Notes under the pieces: generated by a model | What the model was told of the DNA's origin: nothing | The model's database searches: none | What the model saw: only the letters and a program-made list of their open reading frames with translations | Position numbers and translations under genes: made by a program | Shown: piece by piece, positions 54,101 to 64,000 of the stretch | Layout of the letters: every line of letters begins with the position of its first letter | Position numbering within the stretch: the first letter of the stretch is position 1 | Assembly: GCA_043228905.1 (NCBI GenBank) | Contig: JBHGNT010000023.1 | Coordinates: 496,001-560,000 of the forward strand | Length of the DNA: 64,000 nucleotides | Direction of reading: 5' to 3' | Origin: Azolla caroliniana | Lineage: Eukaryota; Plantae; Polypodiophyta

Positions 54101-57100
54101 TTCATACCTGGCTCGTGTGATCCCGGATTTTTGTGTTCAAAGATGCCAATCGAAGCTAACAACACTTGCTATGATATGGAATTAGAAAATCAAGATTTTG
54201 AAACTCAGGTCGAGAGACATGAAGAAATTAGTAAATTAGGGGAGGGAGTTGAGAAGAGCGCGTGAGTAAATTAAAATGTTCATACCTGGCTCGTGTGATA
54301 TCGGATTTTTGTGTTCAGAGATGCGAATCGAAGCTAACAACACTTGGTATGATATGGAATTAAAAAATCAAGATTTTGAGACTAAGGTCGAGAGACATCA
54401 AGAAATTAGTAAATTAGGGGAGGGAGTTGATAAGAGCGCGTGAGTAAATTAAAATGTTCATACCTGGCTCGTGTCATCCCGGATTTTTGTGTTCAAAGAT
54501 GCCAATCGAAGCTAACAAGACTAGTTACGATATGGAATTAAAAAATCAAGATTTTGAAACTCAGGTCGAGAGACATGAAGAAATTAGTAAATTAGGGGAG
54601 GGAGTTGAGAAGAGCGCGTGAGTAAATTAAAATGTTCATAGCTGGCTCGTGTGATATCGGATTTTTGTGTTCAAACATGCGAATCGAAGCTAACAACACT
54701 TGCTATGATATGGAATTAAAAAATCAAGATTTTGAAACTCAGGTCGAGAGACATGAAGAAATTAGTAAAGTAGGGGAGGGAGTTGAGAAGAGCGCGTGAG
54801 TAAATTAAAATGTTCATAGCTGGCTCGTGTGATATCGGATTTTTGTGTTCAGAGATGCGAATCGAAGCTAACAACACTAGCTATGATATGGATTTAAAAA
54901 ATCAAGATTTTCAAACTTGGGTCGAGAGACATGAAGAAATTAGTAAATTAGAGGAGGGTGTTGACGAGAGCGCGTGAGTAAATTAAAATGTTCATAGCTG
55001 GCTCGTGTGATATCGGATTTTAGTGTTCAAACATGCGAATCGAAGCTAACAACACCAACTATGATATGGAATTAAAAAATCAAGATTTTGAGACTAAGGT
55101 CGAGAGACATGAAGAAATTAGTAAATTAGGGGAGGGAGTTGATAAGAGCGCGTGAGTAAATTAAAATGTTCATACCTGGCTCGTGTGATCCCGGATTTTT
55201 GTGTTCAAAGATGCCAATCGAAGCTAACAATACTAGTTATGATATGGAATTAAAAAATCAAGATTTTGAAACTCAAGTCGAGAGACATGAAGAAATTAGT
55301 AAATTAGGGGAGGGAGTTGAGAAGAGCGCGTGAGTAAATTAAAATGTTCATAGCTGGCTCGTGTGATATCGGATTTTTGTGTTCAAACATGCGAATCGAA
55401 GCTAACAACACTTGCTATGATATGGAATTAGAAAATCAAGATTTTGAAACTCAGGTCGAGAGACATGAAGAAATTAGTAAATTAGGGGAGGGAGTTGAGA
55501 AGAGCGCGTGAGTAAATTAAAATGTTCATAGCTGGCTCGTGTGATATCGGATTTTTGTGTTCAAACATGTGAATCGAAGCTAACAACACTTGCTATGATA
55601 TGGAATTAAAAAATCAAGATTTTGAAACTCAGGTCGAGAGACATGAAGAAATTAGTAAAGTAGGGGAGGGAGTTGAGAAGAGCGCGTGAGTAAATTAAAA
55701 TGTTCATAGTTGGCTCGTGTGATATCGGATTTTTGTGTTCAGAGATGCGAATCGAAGCTAACAACACTAGCTATGATATGGAATTAAAAAATCAAGATTT
55801 TGAAACTCAAGTCGAGAGACATGAAGAAATTAGTAAATTAGGGGAGGGAGTTGAGAAGAGCGCGTGAGTAAATTAAAATGTTCATAGCTAGCTCGTGTGA
55901 TATCGGATTTTTGTGTTCAAACATGCGAATCGAAGCTAACAACACTTGCTATGATATGGAATTAGAAAATCAAGATTTTGAAACTCAGGTCGAGAGACAT
56001 GAAGAAATTAGTAAATTAGGGGAGGGAGTTGAGAAGAGCGCGTGAGTAAATTAAAATGTTCATAGCTGGCTCGTGTGATATCGGATTTTTGTGTTCAAAC
56101 ATGTGAATCGAAGCTAACAACACTTGCTATGATATGGAATTAAAAAATCAAGATTTTGAAACTCAGGTCGAGAGACATGAAGAAATTAGTAAAGTAGGGG
56201 AGGGAGTTGAGAAGAGCGCGTGAGTAAATTAAAATGTTCATAGTTGGCTCGTGTGATATCGGATTTTTGTGTTCAGAGATGCGAATCGAAGCTAACAACA
56301 CTAGCTATGATATGGAATTAAAAAATCAAGATTTTCAAACTTGGGTCGAGAGACATGAAGAAATTAGTAAATTAGAGGAGGGTGTTGACAAGAGCGCATG
56401 AGTAAATTAAAATGTTCATACCTGGCTCTTGTGATATCGGATTTTAGTGTTCAAAGATGCCAATCGAAGCTAACAACACTAGCTATGATATGGAATTAAA
56501 AAATCAGGATTTTGAAACTTGGGTCGAGAGACATGAAGAAATTAGTAAATTAGAGGAGGGTGTTGACGAGAGCGCGTGAGTAAATTAAAATGTTCATAGC
56601 TGGCTCGTGTGATATCGGATTTTTGTGTTCAAACATGCGAATCGAAGCTAACAACACTTGCTATGATATGGAATTAAAAAATCAAGATTTTGAAACTCAG
56701 GTCGAGAGACATGAAGAAATTAGTAAAGTAGGGGAGGGAGTTGAGAAGAGCGCGTGAGTAAATTAAAATGTTCATAGCTGGCTCGTGTGATATCGGATTT
56801 TTGTGTTCAGAGATGCGAATCGAAGCTAACAACACTAGCTATGATATGGATTTAAAAAATCAAGATTTTCAAACTTGGGTCGAGAGACATGAAGAATTTA
56901 GTAAATTAGAGGAGGGTGTTGACGAGAGCGCGTGAGTAAATTAAAATGTTCATAGCTGGCTCGTGTGATATCGGATTTTAGTGTTCAAACATGCGAATCG
57001 AAGCTAACAACACCAACTATGATATGGAATTAAAAAATCAAGATTTTGAGACTAAGGTCGAGAGACATGAAGAAATTAGTAAATTAGGGGAGGGAGTTGA

Positions 57101-60100
57101 TAAGAGCGCGTGAGTAAATTAAAATGTTCATACCTGGCTCGTGTGATCCCGGATTTTTGTGTTCAAAGATGCCAATCGAAGCTAACAATACTAGTTATGA
57201 TATGGAATTAAAAAATCAAGATTTTGAAACTCAAGTCGAGAGACATGAAGAAATTAGTAAATTAGGGGAGGGAGTTGAGAAGAGCGCGTGAGTAAATTAA
57301 AATGTTCATAGCTGGCTCGTGTGATATCGGATTTTTGTGTTCAAACATGCGAATCGAAGCTAACAACACTTGCTATGATATGGAATTAAAAAATCAAGAT
57401 TTTGAAACTCAGGTCGAGAGACATGAAGAAATTAGTAAAGTAGGGGAGGGAGTTGAGAAGAGCGCGTGAGTAAATTAAAATGTTCATAGTTGGCTCGTGT
57501 GATATCGGATTTTTGTGTTCAGAGATGCGAATCGAAGCTAACAACACTAGCTATGATATGGAATTAAAAAATCAAGATTTTGAAACTCACGTCGAGAGAC
57601 ATGAAGAAATTAGTAAATTAGAGGAGGGTGTTGACAAGAGCGCATGAGTAAATTAAAATGTTCATACCTGGCTCTTGTGATATCGGATTTTAGTGTTCAA
57701 AGATGCCAATCGAAGCTAACAACACTAGCTATGATATGGAATTAAAAAATCAAGATTTTGAAACTTGGGTCGAGAGACATGAAGAAATTAGTAAATTAGA
57801 GGAGGGTGTTGACGAGAGCGCGTGAGTAAATTAAAATGTTCATAGCTGGCTCGTGTGATATCGGATTTTAATGTTCAAACATGCGAATCGAAGCTAACAA
57901 CACCAACTATGATATGTAATTAAAAAATCAAGATTTTGAGACTAAGGTCGAGAGACATGAAGAAATTAGTAAATTAGGGGAGGGAGTTGATAAGAGCGCG
58001 TGAGTAAATTAAAATGTTCATACCTGGCTCGTGTGATCCCGGATTTTTGTGTTCAAAGATGCCAATCGAAGCTAACAATACTAGTTATGATATGGAATTA
58101 AAAAATCAAGATTTTGAAACTCAGGTCGAGAGACATGAAGAAATTAGTAAATTAGGGGAGGGAGTTGAGAAGAGCGCGTGAGTAAATTAAAATGTTCATA
58201 CCTGGCTCGTGTGATATCGGATTTTTGTGTTCAGAGATGCGAATCGAAGCTAACAACACTTGGTATGATATGGAATTAAAAAATCAAGATTTTGAGACTA
58301 AGGTCGAGAGACATCAAGAAATTAGTAAATTAGGGGAGGGAGTTGATAAGAGCGCGTGAGTAAATTAAAATGTTCATACCTGGCTCGTGTCATCCCGGAT
58401 TTTTGTGTTCAAAGATGCCAATCGAAGCTAACAAGACTAGTTACGATATGGAATTAAAAAATCAAGATTTTGAAACTCAGGTCGAGAGACATGAAGAAAT
58501 TAGTAAATTAGGGGAGGGAGTTGAGAAGAGCGCGTGAGTAAATTAAAATGTTCATAGCTGGCTCGTGTGATATCGGATTTTTGTGTTCAAACATGCGAAT
58601 CGAAGCTAACAACACTTGCTATGATATGGAATTAAAAAATCAAGATTTTGAAACTCAGGTCGAGAGACATGAAGAAATTAGTAAAGTAGGGGAGGGAGTT
58701 GAGAAGAGCGCGTGAGTAAATTAAAATGTTCATAGCTGGCTCGTGTGATATCGGATTTTTGTGTTCAGAGATGCGAATCGAAGCTAACAACACTAGCTAT
58801 GATATGGATTTAAAAAATCAAGATTTTCAAACTTGGGTCGAGAGACATGAAGAAATTAGTAAATTAGAGGAGGGTGTTGACGAGAGCGCGTGAGTAAATT
58901 AAAATGTTCATAGCTGGCTCGTGTGATATCGGATTTTAGTGTTCAAACATGCGAATCGAAGCTAACAACACCAACTATGATATGGAATTAAAAAATCAAG
59001 ATTTTGAGACTAAGGTCGAGAGACATGAAGAAATTAGTAAATTAGGGGAGGGAGTTGATAAGAGCGCGTGAGTAAATTAAAATGTTCATACCTGGCTCGT
59101 GTGATCCCGGATTTTTGTGTTCAAAGATGCCAATCGAAGCTAACAATACTAGTTATGATATGGAATTAAAAAATCAAGATTTTGAAACTCAAGTCGAGAG
59201 ACATGAAGAAATTAGTAAATTAGGGGAGGGAGTTGAGAAGAGCGCGTGAGTAAATTAAAATGTTCATAGCTGGCTCGTGTGATATCGGATTTTTGTGTTC
59301 AAACATGCGAATCGAAGCTAACAACACTTGCTATGATATGGAATTAGAAAATCAAGATTTTGAAACTCAAGTCGAGAGACATGAAGAAATTAGTAAATTA
59401 GGGGAGGGAGTTGAGAAGAGCGCGTGAGTAAATTAAAATGTTCATAGCTGGCTCGTGTGATATCGGATTTTTGTGTTCAAACATGCGAATCGAAGCTAAC
59501 AACACTTGCTATGATATGGATTTAAAAAATCAAGATTTTGAAACTCAAGTCCAGAGACATGAAGAAATTAGTAAATTAGGGGAGGGAGTTGAGAAGAGCG
59601 CGTGAGTAAATTAAAATGTTCATACCTGGCTCGTGTGATCCCGGATTTTTGTGTTCAAAGATGCCAATCGAAGCTAACAATACTAGTTATGATATGGAAT
59701 TAAAAAATCAAGATTTTGAAACTCAGGTCGAGAGACATGAAGAAATTAGTAAATTAGGGGAGGGAGTTGAGAAGAGCGCGTGAGTAAATTAAAATGTTCA
59801 TAGCTGGCTCGTGTGATATCGGATTTTTGTGTTCAAACATGCGAATCGAAGCTAACAACACTTGCTATGATATGGAATTAGAAAATCAAGATTTTGAAAC
59901 TCAGGTCGAGAGACATGAAGAAATTAGTAAATTAGGGGAGGGAGTTGAGAAGAGCGCGTGAGTAAATTAAAATGTTCATAGCTGGCTCGTGTGATATCGG
60001 ATTTTTGTGTTCAAACATGTGAATCGAAGCTAACAACACTTGCTATGATATGGAATTAAAAAATCAAGATTTTGAAACTCAGGTCGAGAGACATGAAGAA

Positions 60101-63100
60101 ATTAGTAAAGTAGGGGAGGGAGTTGAGAAGAGCGCGTGAGTAAATTAAAATGTTCATAGTTGGCTCGTGTGATATCGGATTTTTGTGTTCAGAGATGCGA
60201 ATCGAAGCTAACAACACTAGCTATGATATGGAATTAAAAAATCAAGATTTTGAAACTCAAGTCGAGAGACATGAAGAAATTAGTAAATTAGGGGAGGGAG
60301 TTGAGAAGAGCGCGTGAGTAAATTAAAATGTTCATAGCTGGCTCGTGTGATATCGGATTTTTGTGTTCAAACATGCGAATCGAAGCTAACAACACTTGCT
60401 ATGATATGGAATTAGAAAATCAAGATTTTGAAACTCAGGTCGAGAGACATGAAGAAATTAGTAAATTAGGGGAGGGAGTTGAGAAGAGCGCGTGAGTAAA
60501 TTAAAATGTTCATAGCTGGCTCGTGTGATATCGGATTTTTGTGTTCAAACATGTGAATCGAAGCTAACAACACTTGCTATGATATGGAATTAAAAAATCA
60601 AGATTTTGAAACTCAGGTCGAGAGACATGAAGAAATTAGTAAAGTAGGGGAGGGAGTTGAGAAGAGCGCGTGAGTAAATTAAAATGTTCATAGTTGGCTC
60701 GTGTGATATCGGATTTTTGTGTTCAGAGATGCGAATCGAAGCTAACAACACTAGCTATGATATGGAATTAAAAAATCAAGATTTTGAAACTCAGGTCGAG
60801 AGACATGAAGAAATTAGTAAAGTAGGGGAGGGAGTTGAGAAGAGCGCGTGAGTAAATTAAAATGTTCATAGTTGGCTCGTGTGATATCGGATTTTTGTGT
60901 TCAGAGATGCGAATCGAAGCTAACAACACTTGCTATGATATGGAATTAGAAAATCAAGATTTTGAAACTCAGGTCGAGAGACATGAAGAAATTAGTAAAT
61001 TAGGGGAGGGAGTTGAGAAGAGCGCGTGAGTAAATTAAAATGTTCATAGCTGGCTCGTGTGATATCGGATTTTTGTGTTCAAACATGTGAATCGAAGCTA
61101 ACAACACTTGCTATGATATGGAATTAAAAAATCAAGATTTTGAAACTCAGGTCGAGAGACATGAAGAAATTAGTAAAGTAGGGGAGGGAGTTGAGAAGAG
61201 CGCGTGAGTAAATTAAAATGTTCATAGTTGGCTCGTGTGATATCGGATTTTTGTGTTCAGAGATGCGAATCGAAGCTAACAACACTAGCTATGATATGGA
61301 ATTAAAAAATCAAGATTTTCAAACTTGGGTCGAGAGACATGAAGAAATTAGTAAATTAGAGGAGGGTGTTGACAAGAGCGCATGAGTAAATTAAAATGTT
61401 CATACCTGGCTCTTGTGATATCGGATTTTAGTGTTCAAAGATGCCAATCGAAGCTAACAACACTAGCTATGATATGGAATTAAAAAATCAGGATTTTGAA
61501 ACTTGGGTCGAGAGACATGAAGAAATTAGTAAATTAGAGGAGGGTGTTGACGAGAGCGCGTGAGTAAATTAAAATGTTCATAGCTGGCTCGTGTGATATC
61601 GGATTTTTGTGTTCAAACATGCGAATCGAAGCTAACAACACCAACTATGATATGGAATTAAAAAATCAAGATTTTGAGACTAAGGTCGAGAGACATGAAG
61701 AAATTAGTAAATTAGGGGAGGGAGTTGATAAGAGCGCGTGAGTAAATTAAAATGTTCATACCTGGCTCGTGTGATCCCGGATTTTTGTGTTCAAAGATAC
61801 CAATCGAAGCTAACAATACTAGTTATGATATGGAATTAAAAAATCAAGATTTTGAAACTCAGGTCGAGAGACATGAAGAAATTAGTAAATTAGGGGAGGG
61901 AGTTGAGAAGAGCGCGTGAGTAAATTAAAATGTTCATAGCTGGCTCGTGTGATATCGGATTTTTGTGTTCAAACATGCGAATCGAAGCTAACAACACTTG
62001 CTATGATATGGATTTAAAAAATCAAGATTTTGAAACTCAGGTCGAGAGACATGAAGAAATTAGTAAATTAGGGGAGGGAGTTGAGAAGAGCGCGTGAGTA
62101 AATTAAAATGTTCATAGCTGGCTCGTGTGATATCGGATTTTTGTGTTCAAACATGCGAATCGAAGCTAACAACACTTGCTATGATATGGAATTAAAAAAT
62201 CAAGATTTTGAAACTCAGGTCGAGAGACATGAAGAAATTAGTAAATTAGGGGAGGGAGTTGAGAAGAGCGCGTGAGTAAATTAAAATGTTCATACCTGGC
62301 TCTTGTGATATCGGATTTTAGTGTTCAAAGATGCCAATCGAAGCTAACAACACTAGCTATGATATGGAATTAAAAAATCAAGATTTTGAAACTTGGGTCG
62401 AGAGACATGAAGAAATTAGTAAATTAGAGGAGGGTGTTGACGAGAGCGCGTGAGTAAATTAAAATGTTCATAGCTGGCTCGTGTGATATCGGATTTTTGT
62501 GTTCAAACATGCGAATCGAAGCTAACAACACTTGCTATGATATGGAATTAAAAAATCAAGATTTTGAAACTCAGGTCGAGAGACATGAAGAAATTAGTAA
62601 AGTAGGGGAGGGAGTTGAGAAGAGCGCGTGAGTAAATTAAAATGTTCATAGCTGGCTCGTGTGATATCGGATTTTTGTGTTCAGAGATGCGAATCGAAGC
62701 TAACAACACTAGCTATGATATGGAATTAAAAAATCAAGATTTTCAAACTTGGGTCGAGAGACATGAAGAAATTAGTAAATTAGAGGAGGGTGTTGACAAG
62801 AGCGCATGAGTAAATTAAAATGTTCATAGCTGGCTCGTGTGATATCGGATTTTAGTGTTCAAACATGCGAATCGAAGCTAACAACACCAACTATGATATG
62901 GAATTAAAAAATCAAGATTTTGAGACTAAGGTCGAGAAACATGAAGAAATTAGTAAATTAGGGGAGGGAGTTGATAAGAGCGCGTGAGTAAATTAAAATG
63001 TTCATACCTGGCTCGTGTGATCCCGGATTTTTGTGTTCAAAGATGCCAATCGAAGCTAACAATACTAGTTATGATATGGAATTAAAAAATCAAGATTTTG

Positions 63101-63821
63101 AAACTCAAGTCGAGAGACATGAAGAAATTAGTAAATTAGGGGAGGGAGTTGAGAAGAGCGCGTGAGTAAATTAAAATGTTCATAGCTGGCTCGTGTGATC
63201 CCGGATTTTTGTGTTCAAAGATGCCAATCGAAGCTAACAATACTAGTTATGATATGGAATTAAAAAATCAAGATTTTGAAACTCAGGTCGAGAGACATGA
63301 AGAAATTAGTAAATTAGGGGAGGGAGTTGAGAAGAGCGCGTGAGTAAATTAAAATGTTCATAGCTGGCTCGTGTGATATCGGATTTTTGTGTTCAAACAT
63401 GTGAATCGAAGCTAACAACACTTGCTATGATATGGAATTAAAAAATCAAGATTTTGAAACTCAGGTCGAGAGACATGAAGAAATTAGTAAAGTAGGGGAG
63501 GGAGTTGAGAAGAGCGCGTGAGTAAATTAAAATGTTCATAGCTGGCTCGTGTGATATCGGATTTTTGTGTTCAGAGATGCGAATCGAAGCTAACAACACT
63601 AGCTATGATATGGAATTAAAAAATCAAGATTTTGAAACTCAGGTCGAGAGACATGAAGAAATTAGTAAATTAGAGGAGGGTGTTGACAAGAGCGCATGAG
63701 TAAATTAAAATGTTCATACCTGGCTCTTGTGAGATCGGATTTTAGTGTTCAAAGATGCCAATCGAAGCTAACAACACTAGCTATGATATGGAATTAAAAA
63801 ATCAAGATTTTCAAACTTGGG
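48157..63821 (+). repeat. 88 consecutive monomers in exact 178-bp phase, with 11+8 (19-mer) and 22-mer higher-order spacing
   Basis: GTCGA at 48157 and 63821 are 15664 = 88x178 apart. AACAAGACTAG marker at 49179, 51137, 52561, 54519 and 58435. GTCATCCC marker at 51093, 54475 and 58391. Confidence 0.85.
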
Positions 63822-64000
63822 TCGAGAGACATGAAGAAATTAGTAAATTAGAGGAGGGTGTTGACGAGAGCGCGTGAGTAAATTAAAATGTTCATAGCTG
63901 GCTCGTGTGATATCGGATTTTTGTGTTCAAACATGCGAATCGAAGCTAACAACACTTGCTATGATATGGAATTAAAAAATCAAGATTTTGAAACTCAGGT

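Larger units (their letters stand above)
1..64000 (+). repeat. 178-bp tandem satellite array, ~360 monomers, single orientation (centromeric/pericentromeric- or subtelomeric-type)
   Basis: GAAATTAGTAA recurs at 1, 179, 357 and so on. Approximate consensus: GAAATTAGTAAATTAGGGGAGGGAGTTGAGAAGAGCGCGTGAGTAAATTAAAATGTTCATAGCTGGCTCGTGTGATATCGGATTTTTGTGTTCAAACATGCGAATCGAAGCTAACAACACTAGCTATGATATGGAATTAAAAAATCAAGATTTTGAAACTCAGGTCGAGAGACATGAA. The array runs off both window edges. Chromosomal location is inference only. Confidence 0.99.

Noticed and set aside
1-64000. CRISPR-like array of conserved blocks and variable blocks
   Set aside because: The variable parts are SNP variants of the same sequence, not unique spacers. 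The period is 178 bp and no cas genes are present.
1-64000. Tandem 5S rDNA, tRNA or transposon-derived array
   Set aside because: No recognisable 5S or tRNA sequence, LTR/TIR ends, target-site duplications or strand switches were seen.

Overview
The whole 64-kb window is one head-to-tail tandem satellite array of about 360 copies of a 178-bp monomer (about 37% GC, G-rich on the + strand), all in one orientation. I see no gene, RNA gene, transposon or CRISPR. The listed ORFs are chance read-throughs of the monomer. Five monomers in the first 9.1 kb carry an identical GGG(TTTAGGG)3 plant-type telomeric tract that replaces 23 bp of the monomer almost length-for-length, which points to a plant (or other TTTAGGG-telomere) genome. 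Monomer length suggests centromeric/pericentromeric or subtelomeric satellite, but I do not recognise the family; it does not resemble Arabidopsis thaliana CEN178 as I recall it. Diagnostic variants reveal nested higher-order repeats (5-, 6-, 12-, 19-, 22- and 36-mers), several microhomology-bounded truncated monomers, a length-neutral 10-bp templated-looking replacement, and a final ~16 kb with no net indel. All coordinates and counts were made by hand.
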